A stretch of 64,000 nucleotides of DNA from Planctomycetota bacterium (GTDB lineage Bacteria > Planctomycetota > Phycisphaerae > SM23-33). Shown piece after piece: positions 1-8,699 of this stretch. The notes beneath the pieces are model-generated. The model was not told the origin of the DNA, ran no database searches, and saw only the letters and a program-made list of their open reading frames with translations. Each line of letters begins with the position of its first letter. The first letter of the stretch is position 1. The DNA lies in the NCBI GenBank assembly GCA_024275995.1, contig JAJRYB010000037.1, positions 4,987 to 68,986 of the forward strand, given 5' to 3'. The translations under genes and the position numbers were made by a program.

Positions 1-525
1 GCGGCCGGTATAATAAGTCCGGTGTAGCTGTCCACCCATCCCAGCCAGGCCATTATCTTGTAATTCGGGATCATCAGGACGAGTCCCGGAATCATCATCG
101 TGCCAAGGTACATAAGGAAAACCTTGTCGCGGCCTTTCCATTTAAGCCGGCTGAACGCAAATGCCGCCATTGCACTGGTCAGGCATTGCAGCAGCGTCAC
201 CCATCCGGCTATGAACAGACTATTGAAGTAATAACGCATGAAGGCGGAATCGGTAAAATATTGCCACCACTGCCACTTGCCCGCTTCCTCGCCGGCAAGT
301 GCGCCATATCGCAGCGCCTTGAATGTTTCCGGGTAGTTCTCCGGCTGCCAGTTATCGGGAATCCAGTGCGTGCTTTGCACCTCGGTGAAGGGCTTGAAAC
401 TGGTCAGTAACATCCAGACGAACGGTAATGCCATGCTGCAACATAAAAGCAGCAGGAATACGTGATTGGTCAGCATGGTCAGCAACGGCCCGATTATTTT
501 TCTTTTGTATATGCCGCCTTCAGTC
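1..525 (-). CDS. Carbohydrate ABC transporter permease (MalG/UgpE-like), partial (3' part runs off window start)
   Basis: Manual minus-strand translation from ATG at 523-525: MTEGGIYKRKIIGPLLTMLTNHVFLLLLCCSMALPFVWMLLTSFKP...MMIPGLVLMIPNYKIMAWLGW. Multi-TM CUT1-type permease N-terminus. The start overlaps the stop of the upstream permease by 4 nt. Confidence 0.65.
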
Positions 526-1824
526 ATTTGTGTACCTGCTTCCAAATTTGTAGTTGAATATCGTCATGCTTATGATTATCAGGAATATCACCCATGCAAC
601 CGCCGAGGCGTAGCCTAATCTGCCCGTCTCGAAACCTTCGTTATAGACGAAATAACTCAGTGTCGTGGTTGCTCCGAACGGTCCTCCCTGTGTCATAGTT
701 CGTGCCTGCTCAAAGCCGCCCTGAATACCGCCGATAGTTGACATGACAACGATAAAAAAGGTCGTGGGTGCAAGCTGGGGCCAGGTTACATTCCAGAATT
801 TCTGCCACGGGCTTGCACCGTCTATATCGGCGGCCTCGTAAAGTGCTGGTGGAATATTGCTGATGCCCGCGATATACAGGAGCATATTGTTGGAACCGAC
901 AGCCATCCACAGGCCCATTATCATGATGGCCGGCTTGGCCCAGTGATATTCAGTAAGCCATTCCGGCGGTTTAAGTCCGCCGCTTGTTGCAACCACTTCG
1001 GGCAAGCCTTTCGCGACAAGGCCCAGGGCATAGAGAATAAGCGCCCCTATGACAAGAGACATGAAACTCAAAAGAAAAATTCCTATGTCGATATCTTTGC
1101 CGATAAAGTTCTTTATGATCTTGGCGCCGAACCAGACCATGCCAATGGCTACCAATGCCCACAGGGCATAAGCTATACTGCTCCACATTATTGTCGGCGT
1201 TGCATTGACGGCAGCTGTCAGCGAATTCAGGATCGGGGCCAGCACCCTGTTGATCGGTCCGATGCGCGGGTTGTACATTTGTTTCCAGAGCAGGTAGACT
1301 GCGACGCCGGCAGTGAAACTGGGCAGGAACAATAACGTCCTGTACACTGTGGCGCCGGCAGTAAAACCGAGTGCCAGTATCACGCCGGCCAGTATGCAAA
1401 AAACCAGTGCGATCACGCCATAGCCGCTTCCGCTGAGCATCAGGCCGATGCCTGCAAATGCCAGCAAGCTGAACATCGCCAAGCCCCAACGTGCGGCAAC
1501 CTTGTTACTGCGGAGTTTGCGTGTCAATAAGATCGCCAGAATCAATGAACCGGCTATCCCGATGGGAATACCCATCATCAGGAATAGCGTATTGCTGAAA
1601 TATTTCCAGAAGTCAGGATGCGTCAGCAGGTCCCTGAAATTACGCAGCCAAACCCAAAGAAGCGGCTCGTTTCGGAAACTGTTGTGCAGCGACAGATCCC
1701 AGTTGGTAAAAGCCATCAGGATAGAAAAGGTCACCGGAAAGACCACGAAGGCCAGGAAACCCAGGAAGTTCGGCGTTAAAAACAGGCACGCTGCGCGAAA
1801 ATCGTTACGTTTTTTTATCGCCAT
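520..1824 (-). CDS. Carbohydrate ABC transporter permease (MalF/UgpA-like)
   Basis: 434 aa with multiple hydrophobic helices. Carries the ABC permease EAA motif (EAADIDGASPWQKFWNVTWPQL). Sits in an operon-like array with a solute-binding protein and a second permease. Confidence 0.8.
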   Translation of the reverse strand: MAIKKRNDFRAACLFLTPNFLGFLAFVVFPVTFSILMAFTNWDLSLHNSFRNEPLLWVWLRNFRDLLTHPDFWKYFSNTLFLMMGIPIGIAGSLILAILLTRKLRSNKVAARWGLAMFSLLAFAGIGLMLSGSGYGVIALVFCILAGVILALGFTAGATVYRTLLFLPSFTAGVAVYLLWKQMYNPRIGPINRVLAPILNSLTAAVNATPTIMWSSIAYALWALVAIGMVWFGAKIIKNFIGKDIDIGIFLLSFMSLVIGALILYALGLVAKGLPEVVATSGGLKPPEWLTEYHWAKPAIMIMGLWMAVGSNNMLLYIAGISNIPPALYEAADIDGASPWQKFWNVTWPQLAPTTFFIVVMSTIGGIQGGFEQARTMTQGGPFGATTTLSYFVYNEGFETGRLGYASAVAWVIFLIIISMTIFNYKFGSRYTND

Positions 1825-3281
1825 TTGCCGGCCTCCATCAATTTACGAATCACCGGATTATCCACCATCTCAATTGGGACAGGCTCGCCGGAAGCTTTTA
1901 AAGCGTCTATCTTCGCCTGGCGAGCCAGGGCTTTGTCAAAATCAGACTTTAATTTCGGATCACGCTTGACGGCATGTTGAATTTCGCGATTGATCTCATT
2001 CGCCATCAGATTGAGGCCATCCTTAATGCCAATCGATCTGCTGGAAATGCCGGAATCATAATAAGTAATGATGCGATCGACAGTGGTCGGACTGATGAAC
2101 CTGCTATATTCCTGCCCCACGCCGTATTCTTCCGCCGCCTTGAGATACTTTTCGTGTACGCCGCGTTCATTCGGGAATTTTGAGGGAGCGAGAAACTCTT
2201 TTGTCCGGGCAATCTGGGGATTCGGAGGAAGTGCGTCGGCATCACCTATAATCATTTTATTATACGGCGTATCGGCCAGGAATTCGAGGAACCCCACAGC
2301 CAACCGCTTATGCCTGGAGCTAGCGTTGATTCCGGCAGCCCGTGAAAAGACAAACTGCATCGGCATGATCTTGTATGGAAATAAGGACACATCCGGCTTG
2401 AAATTCTTGAATTTACGAAGTTGTATCAATCCGTAACGTCCTATCCCGACGGCCACGACAAGTTCATTACCAATCCATTGCAACATCGAGCCGCCGTAAC
2501 CGCTCTGGCTGGCCATGGCCGATCGGTCCATTGGCGTAGGCATGACTTTGTATTTGAACATCAGGTCATAATAAAAATTCGTCGCCTCCAATACTGCCTG
2601 TGAATCCAGTGTGCTTCTGGTCAGCGTCTCATTAAAAATGGTCCCACCGTTAGTCGGCCAGAGACTCCTTATGTTAAAAGGCCAAATCGCGTAACGGATT
2701 ACATTGCCTTTGTGGTCAACCTTGCGAACTTTCAGGCACCATTCGAGAAATTCATCCCACGTCCAGTCATATTTCGGTAGCGGCAGGCCTTCTCGTTCAA
2801 GAAAGCCGCGATTAATAGTCAGCGGATTGGCCGTCACGTTGCACGGGAACGCATATTGCCTGCCATCAACAAAAAGCTCTTCTCTTGCAGCAGCATAGGT
2901 CTTGTCCGGACCAAAACCGTATTCTTTAGCCAGATCAGTAACATCCATCAACACACCGGCGGCGACGTACTGTCGCAGGTTTCCGCCGCCATAGACATCA
3001 ACAATATCACTGCCGACGCCGCTGGCGGATTGAATGATAACTTTCATCGTGCCCATATTGTTGCTGTCCAGTTGCAGACGGACCGGGCGATAACGACTAT
3101 CCTCTTTCGACTTTTCCTTCATCCACTTCTCAAAAGCCGCTATCTGGGGTCCACGAGCCGGGTTCGGATCGGAAGTCCACCATAAAAGCGGCAGGTCGCT
3201 ACGGCTTTCGGGCAGTGTGCCGACGGCCAGTACCGTCAAAGCGATCATTATAAGCAGGCTTACCCCGAAAAATGTTCTCAC
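1815..3281 (-). CDS. ABC transporter extracellular solute-binding protein (family 1, sugar-binding)
   Basis: 488 aa with an N-terminal signal peptide (MRTFFGVSLLIMIALTVLAVG). SBP_bac_1-like composition. Immediately upstream of two permease genes and overlaps the first by 10 nt. Confidence 0.75.
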   Translation of the reverse strand: MRTFFGVSLLIMIALTVLAVGTLPESRSDLPLLWWTSDPNPARGPQIAAFEKWMKEKSKEDSRYRPVRLQLDSNNMGTMKVIIQSASGVGSDIVDVYGGGNLRQYVAAGVLMDVTDLAKEYGFGPDKTYAAAREELFVDGRQYAFPCNVTANPLTINRGFLEREGLPLPKYDWTWDEFLEWCLKVRKVDHKGNVIRYAIWPFNIRSLWPTNGGTIFNETLTRSTLDSQAVLEATNFYYDLMFKYKVMPTPMDRSAMASQSGYGGSMLQWIGNELVVAVGIGRYGLIQLRKFKNFKPDVSLFPYKIMPMQFVFSRAAGINASSRHKRLAVGFLEFLADTPYNKMIIGDADALPPNPQIARTKEFLAPSKFPNERGVHEKYLKAAEEYGVGQEYSRFISPTTVDRIITYYDSGISSRSIGIKDGLNLMANEINREIQHAVKRDPKLKSDFDKALARQAKIDALKASGEPVPIEMVDNPVIRKLMEAGKWR

Positions 3282-4378
3282 CGATATATCCTTCCCGAAA
3301 AATTTCTGACCTGAAATGGTTTCATTTTGAATCGGTATCCTGTTTTCGAAAATACGATCGAACGTCTTAGCTTGTCCCCATGCGCTGGACAGATTCCGGG
3401 GTCGAATAAGGTGGAACCATCGCCATGGGTAACGTTTCCGCTGCGGCTGCGGAGGCGAAGCGTAGCCGGAGCATCCGCAGTAATCACGATCCGGGACCGT
3501 CCCGCATCGCTGCCTACCCCGGCGACGGCCTGGGCAGGTGTCTCAATTCCAATTCTATCCCTTCTCGACAGCGTGGCAAGAATATTCCGATCCATCGCCG
3601 ACTCGTATACGACGGCTGGTGTCCGCCGCCCCAAGCTCCTGTGCCGACGCAGATGATTGTAATAGGCGAAGTACCGTCCCAGACCCAGACGGGCCTCGGC
3701 CGGCGTTTCATAATCCCGCAGGTACACGTCCTCGTACTTCACCGTCCGCCACAGCCGCTCGACCATGATGTTGTCAAACGCACGACCCACGTCGTCCATA
3801 CTGATCGCGATGCCGGCTTTCGTCAACACCGTCGTGAAGGCTTCGGACGTAAACTGACTTCCCTGGTCGGTGTTGAAGATGTCCGGCTGCCGGCCCGACG
3901 CCAACGCTGTTTCCAGTGCCGCCACGCAAAAGTTCGCGTCCAGCGTATTGCTCAACTCCCACGACAGTACGCAACGTGAATACCAGTCCATCACCGCCAC
4001 CAGGTACGCGAAGCCGCGATACAGACGGATATACGTGATGTCGGCACACCAGACCTGGTCCGGCCTCGTGATCTCTAGATTACGCAATAAATACGGGTAT
4101 TTTCGGTGCTCCTCACTCAGCTGCGACGTGCTGCGACGAGGACGCGGATACACCGTCGCCAGGCCCAACTTCTTCATCAGCCGACGGACCCGCTTGGGAT
4201 TCACCTCGATACGAAGCTCCTGGGACAGGGCGTCTCGCATGCCATAGCGCCCAAGATGCGGACGGGCCGTGTACAACTCGTCGATCGCGTTGAGCACCCC
4301 TATCTCGAAGGGCGCGCTTGCTCGTTGCGACGTGGCCGGTAGTACAGACTGCTGCGCGACAGGTGCCGCAACTCGCAC
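3278..4378 (-). CDS. IS3-family transposase OrfB (DDE integrase core); ORF reads ~85 codons past the inferred IS end
   Basis: Carries the rve integrase core and IS3 OrfB hallmarks: YPYLLRNLEITRPDQVWCADITYI, DQGSQFTS, VERLWRTVKYE, YNHLRRHRSLG. It is normally expressed as an OrfAB fusion by -1 frameshifting. The C-terminal ~85 aa (3278-3530) are low-complexity read-through into flanking DNA. Confidence 0.8.
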   Translation of the reverse strand: MRVAAPVAQQSVLPATSQRASAPFEIGVLNAIDELYTARPHLGRYGMRDALSQELRIEVNPKRVRRLMKKLGLATVYPRPRRSTSQLSEEHRKYPYLLRNLEITRPDQVWCADITYIRLYRGFAYLVAVMDWYSRCVLSWELSNTLDANFCVAALETALASGRQPDIFNTDQGSQFTSEAFTTVLTKAGIAISMDDVGRAFDNIMVERLWRTVKYEDVYLRDYETPAEARLGLGRYFAYYNHLRRHRSLGRRTPAVVYESAMDRNILATLSRRDRIGIETPAQAVAGVGSDAGRSRIVITADAPATLRLRSRSGNVTHGDGSTLFDPGICPAHGDKLRRSIVFSKTGYRFKMKPFQVRNFSGRIYR

Positions 4379-4429
4379 TGACGAAGAACCGGAATGTCCT
4401 TGCCGCCATCGACCATCATTCGCTTGTCC

Positions 4430-4753
4430 TCAGTCGTCAATGCCAAGCTGCCTAGCTTTTTTTTTCATCCACTCCAGTTCCACCTGGAGCTTGCCGACCT
4501 GCTCGTACAACCGCGCCTCGTGAGCCTCGGCCGCCTTGGCGTCCGCCGCCTTCCGGCGGCTGAACACATCCGGCAATGCTTCCAACGCCTGCCGCTTCCA
4601 TTCGGTGATCTGATTGGGATGCACGTCGAACTGGCCGGCCAACTCCGCCAGCGTTTTGTCTTCACGCAATGCCGCCCGAACCACCCGGGCCTTGAACTGG
4701 GCCGTGAACTTCCTTCGCTTCCTTGCCATCAAATCGTCTCCTTCCAGGGCCAT
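4430..4753 (-). CDS. IS3-family transposase OrfA (helix-turn-helix)
   Basis: 107 aa: [47 protein letters not shown]... This is a classic IS3 OrfA HTH/leucine-zipper protein. It ends in ...[13 protein letters not shown] across an A9 run. Confidence 0.85.
   Translation of the reverse strand: MALEGDDLMARKRRKFTAQFKARVVRAALREDKTLAELAGQFDVHPNQITEWKRQALEALPDVFSRRKAADAKAAEAHEARLYEQVGKLQVELEWMKKKARQLGIDD
4457..4465 (-). promoter_or_regulatory. Programmed -1 ribosomal frameshift slippery run (A9, A_AAA_AAA_AG) for the OrfAB transposase fusion
   Basis: The plus strand has TTTTTTTTT at 4457-4465, which is AAAAAAAAAG on the coding strand inside the orfA codons ATG AAA AAA AAA GCT. OrfB is in the -1 frame downstream. 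This is the typical IS3-family arrangement. Confidence 0.6.
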
Positions 4754-4824
4754 TAGACCCCATACTACCCGGAGACGATTCCACCTTATACCCGCGCCCA
4801 GTTTTTTGAGACACGCTCAGACGG

Positions 4825-7221
4825 CTAGCCCATCACGACGTCTATTTGCATTTCACCACCGGCGGGAAAGTCGCGGACGGTATTACCATCGATCACTCTG
4901 CCGTCTACGCGAACCTCCTTTACGCCCGTCTGCACACCCTTTGGGTTCCGGACGTGGGTGTGCAAGGTTGCTCCGCGGAACCTGCGTGTGACGCGGTACT
5001 CCCGCCAGTCCGACGGGATGCAAGGGTCGAGGATCAGGCCATCCAGCGTCGGCCTGATGCCGAGCAGGTACTGTGTGCCGATGATATACATCCATGTAAC
5101 CGTTCCGCTGAACCATGCCAGGTCGCCCTCCCCGGCTCGCGGACATGGATCGATGAGTGTAGTGGAGGAGAACGCATAGGGCTCGTTAACGTACAAGTCC
5201 GCTCCTCTCTGGTGGCTGGCGACGTTGGGCAGAATCTGCCTGTAGTATTCGTGTGCGCGGTCGCCGTGCCGCAAACGGGTCTCGGCGAGCACGCCCCAGG
5301 CATGGGCGTGGTGGAACACGCCACCGTTTTCGCGGATGCCGGGGCCATTGTTGTAAAGCGGATCTTCAGGTTCAGGTATACCCGTAAAGGCAGGATGCAG
5401 CAGCTTCAGACCAAATGGCGTACCAAGCCGTTCGGCCGCCGCATCCATACACCGTACGTCGCGCCCATCGGAGCACGTATCGGAGATCACTGCCCAGGCC
5501 TGCGTGTTCAGATATATCTGGCCCTCGCGTCGCGCGCTGGAACCAAGGTGCGGTTTGCCGTCGTGGCTGTAAAGGTAACGACGATACCAGGCTCCATCCC
5601 ACACGGCATCGGAGTTCAGTATATCGGTCAATTCGGTAATAACGCTTTGGCACCAGGCAGTAACCTCCTCGGCGCCGTCTACGCAATCGGCAAGCTCGAT
5701 AAGCAGACGACAAGCATAAACGAGTTGCTGGCCAAGCATGACCGACTCTTCCTTGTGATCCTCGTTGAACATGTAAAGGTTGTCGTTCCAGTCGACGTCG
5801 ATAATCAGCGGCAGCCCGGTTCGACCACGTTTGGAGTGGATATGCTTCAGTCCCCGCCAGAGATGTTCCAGTACGGTTCCGCTTGTCGGCTGTCCGTTCT
5901 CAACGTAATAGCGGATGGTCTTGCGGAGATATCCCACGTCGCCCGTCTCTGCGGTATAACCGTGGACAGTATAGACTGGCCACACACCGTTATCGCTACG
6001 GATGGCGTAGGACTCGGCCGGCTCGTCGAGCGTTGGGTCAATCCGTGACGGATACTCTCCGCTGGGATATTCGAAGCTCAGGATGTAGTCGATGAACCGC
6101 TTAGCTGTAGCAATGTTGATGGACGTAAGACTCATCGAGTCCTGCATGGCGTCACGGGTCTGGACGCCTGCCTTTTCCATGCCGGTCACGGCCGCGGACA
6201 TGCTTTTCTTGCGATTGACGTTTATCATGCAGTTGTAGGGGTTCCAGATGTTGAGCATCGTCTGCATGTCCTTATCGGGCAGTTCGCACTGGAACACGTC
6301 GAGGCGATCGCGCCAGTAAGCCTGGACGTCGTCGAGGGCGGTATCGATGTTGGCAAGGTTCTGGTACTTCTCGATGAGCGCATCGACGCCTTGCCAGCTC
6401 TTGTCGCATCCGACGCTTACAGCAAAACGCTTTTCGCTGCCCGGGGCGATTGTGTGGTCGCACTGGAGCGCGCCCACGCCGTGGCCACCACCGACTGGCA
6501 GCTCACTACCGGTCAGTCTTCCCCTGGCAACGGCTTCCGGCTGGTCCAATGATCCGCCTCGCCCGATGAAGGCGCTGCGGTTGCAATCGAAGCTAACCGG
6601 GATGTCAGTCGAAGTCATGAATGTCTTGAGCTTGGGCTGGTCCTCGAAGACGCGATAGTCGTACTTGATCGCGTGGCGGTCAGTGTCGTACCGGAACGAC
6701 GTGTAGAAGCGGCACCAGTGCCATTCCTGCAGATGCCGCCTCGCCTGGAGAAAGTTGAACTCCACGAACGAGAACGTGCTCAGATCAATAGCCTCGCGAC
6801 GTGTGTTACGGATGCGGACGTCCCATAGAAGAACACCATCATCGCGAGGGACAAAGAGCGTCATGGTGACTTCCAGCCCGTTTCGTCGGGCCTCGAAGGT
6901 TGTGTAGCCGATACCGTGGCGACATTTCCAATCGTCCAGTTCTGCCCGCACCGGCTCGTATGTTGGCGTCCAGAAAGACCCGTCCGGTTCACGAATGTAC
7001 AGGTAGAACCCCGGCCGATCCGTTGGCACGGCATGTTCCTGGCGATAGGTTGTAAGCCGGCCTGTGGCGGCAGAATCGTAAAAACACGCTCCCCCTCCGC
7101 TCTGACTGACGATGGCTGTGAACTTGTCATTGAACAGGAAGTTCATCCATGCAACCGGTGGGAAGTGTTCGGTGATCTCATATTCACGACAGTCATCATC
7201 GAAAAAACCGTACTCGAACAT
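4825..7221 (-). CDS. GH94 glycoside phosphorylase (cellobiose/laminaribiose/chitobiose phosphorylase family, GT36)
   Basis: 798 aa. Length and motifs match GH94 (...IDVDWNDNLYMFNED..., alpha/alpha-toroid C-terminal half). Paralogous to the 8700-11012 protein, which shares the DWND catalytic region. Stop codon is at 4825-4827, 5 bp from the IS end. Confidence 0.75.
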   Translation of the reverse strand: MFEYGFFDDDCREYEITEHFPPVAWMNFLFNDKFTAIVSQSGGGACFYDSAATGRLTTYRQEHAVPTDRPGFYLYIREPDGSFWTPTYEPVRAELDDWKCRHGIGYTTFEARRNGLEVTMTLFVPRDDGVLLWDVRIRNTRREAIDLSTFSFVEFNFLQARRHLQEWHWCRFYTSFRYDTDRHAIKYDYRVFEDQPKLKTFMTSTDIPVSFDCNRSAFIGRGGSLDQPEAVARGRLTGSELPVGGGHGVGALQCDHTIAPGSEKRFAVSVGCDKSWQGVDALIEKYQNLANIDTALDDVQAYWRDRLDVFQCELPDKDMQTMLNIWNPYNCMINVNRKKSMSAAVTGMEKAGVQTRDAMQDSMSLTSINIATAKRFIDYILSFEYPSGEYPSRIDPTLDEPAESYAIRSDNGVWPVYTVHGYTAETGDVGYLRKTIRYYVENGQPTSGTVLEHLWRGLKHIHSKRGRTGLPLIIDVDWNDNLYMFNEDHKEESVMLGQQLVYACRLLIELADCVDGAEEVTAWCQSVITELTDILNSDAVWDGAWYRRYLYSHDGKPHLGSSARREGQIYLNTQAWAVISDTCSDGRDVRCMDAAAERLGTPFGLKLLHPAFTGIPEPEDPLYNNGPGIRENGGVFHHAHAWGVLAETRLRHGDRAHEYYRQILPNVASHQRGADLYVNEPYAFSSTTLIDPCPRAGEGDLAWFSGTVTWMYIIGTQYLLGIRPTLDGLILDPCIPSDWREYRVTRRFRGATLHTHVRNPKGVQTGVKEVRVDGRVIDGNTVRDFPAGGEMQIDVVMG

Positions 7222-7395
7222 TACTGAATGCTCCTTCGGTCAAGGTGTCACCAGCCCGTATCAGGCAGCAGCGTGATTACGAAACTACCCTTACCGGCCA
7301 GTACCCTTTTGGGGATGTTGGTAAGTCGGCCTGCTTTGTCTATGCAGTCATCGAAACCAGTAATACTATAATCGCGATAACCACCAGCAGTTCGA

Positions 7396-8553
7396 TCAGC
7401 GCAAATCCTTGGGTTTGCGTCGCGGAGGGGCACTACTTTGGCGGACGATCAGCTCAGGCAAGGCCTTTTCGAAAAAGGGTTTCGGGGAAAAGTCCTTCTC
7501 TTTCTGGCGAGCCTGACTGGTGTTGATCAAGTGCCGGGTAGCCCGATAACCCATAGAAGCCAAGGGTTGAGCTATGGTGGTAAGACGCGGACGAACCAGT
7601 TGCCCGGCCTCGACATTATCCACTCCGACCAGGCTGATCTGCTCTGGAATGCGAATCCCGGCATCTTGAAGCTCACCCATCCCCATCAGGGCCAGGTAAT
7701 CGTCGTAACATACTATGGCTGTGGGATATCGCGACTCTGCAAGAGCGGCGAAGTAGGCAGCGCCTTTTACTGCGGAGTCTTGAAATCTGCCGATATCGTC
7801 GGAGTTGGAGAAAATAAATGCTTCATTTATGGTCAAGCCGTTATCCTGTGCGGCTCGACGAAAGGCATCTAAACGTCCCCGCACCGCAAGACCCATATCT
7901 TCCGAAGGCCCCCAGTATCCTATTTCGCGATGAGCCAATTCAACGAGATGCGTAACGGCCAGGTGCATAGCCTGAACCTCATCGAAATTGATGATGGAGA
8001 TACTTCGCACCGGGCCATAATAGTTTATGGTAGCGATGTTAACATTATCCGACGCCAGGAGTTCTACCCAATCGGCATCGTCCTCCACATGCAGCAGTAA
8101 TAGACCGTCAATGCGTTGCTGGAGAAATTTCTCACGACAGGTTTTCGGGCTGTTCTGCCCCAATAGGTTGATGGCTAGCCAATCGTAGCCTTGTTCCTGG
8201 CAGGCTCGTTCCACACCCCGGAGTATGGTACTCTCGTAGCCATAAGCAATGCCGGCGCCGGGACTTTCTTTGGGAACGTAAATACCGATGGTGCGAGTGG
8301 AACGTCGGGCGAGGCTCTGGCTGGCAAAATTGGGCTGGTAGTCCATTTCGTCGGCGGTCTGACGAACTCTCCGGGCCAGTTTCTCACTCACGCCGGAATT
8401 GCTCATCGCCCCATTGATCACCACCGAAACAATCGTGGGAGAACAGCCTACCCGCCGGGCAATATCACTAAGTCTCACGGTTTTTTTGCGAGCATTCTGC
8501 ATGTTTTTGCCTGGCTTTTTTCCCGGTAAATGCCTATGTTTAATGCTCAACAT
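7396..8553 (-). CDS. LacI-family transcriptional regulator
   Basis: N-terminal HTH (VRLSDIARRVGCSPTIVSVVINGAMS...) plus a periplasmic-binding-fold sugar-binding domain. The likely true start is the MQNARKK Met at 8502. It is divergent from the GH94 gene at 8700. Confidence 0.85.
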   Translation of the reverse strand: MLSIKHRHLPGKKPGKNMQNARKKTVRLSDIARRVGCSPTIVSVVINGAMSNSGVSEKLARRVRQTADEMDYQPNFASQSLARRSTRTIGIYVPKESPGAGIAYGYESTILRGVERACQEQGYDWLAINLLGQNSPKTCREKFLQQRIDGLLLLHVEDDADWVELLASDNVNIATINYYGPVRSISIINFDEVQAMHLAVTHLVELAHREIGYWGPSEDMGLAVRGRLDAFRRAAQDNGLTINEAFIFSNSDDIGRFQDSAVKGAAYFAALAESRYPTAIVCYDDYLALMGMGELQDAGIRIPEQISLVGVDNVEAGQLVRPRLTTIAQPLASMGYRATRHLINTSQARQKEKDFSPKPFFEKALPELIVRQSSAPPRRKPKDLR

Positions 8554-8699
8554 AGCGTATTTTGCGATTCTGTCAAGCTTTTTTCATCAGATATGCCCGG
8601 CAGCAACAGGCTGTATCCCGTCAAAAGCGATGGAGTGTCCCATAACAGACTTAACAATATGATGTTATGCGAACGCCCATGTAATGTTTTCAGACTGCC

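Larger units (their letters stand above)
3530..4819 (-). mobile_element. IS3-family insertion sequence (about 1.29 kb) with orfA/orfB and a -1 frameshift site
   Basis: OrfA (HTH) and OrfB (DDE integrase core) lie on the minus strand. Outer end at 4797-4819 reads TGAGCGTGTCTCAAAAAACTGGG (IS911-like TG...CA terminus). The other end at 3531-3547 reads TGGGCAGGTGTCTCAAT, matching the first ~17 nt. Candidate flanking direct repeat GACGGC at 3524-3529 and 4820-4825. Boundaries are approximate. Confidence 0.6.

Noticed and set aside
186-410. 74-aa plus-strand ORF
   Set aside because: It lies inside and antisense to the ABC permease gene whose translation I could verify (MTEGGIYKRK...). No features support it.
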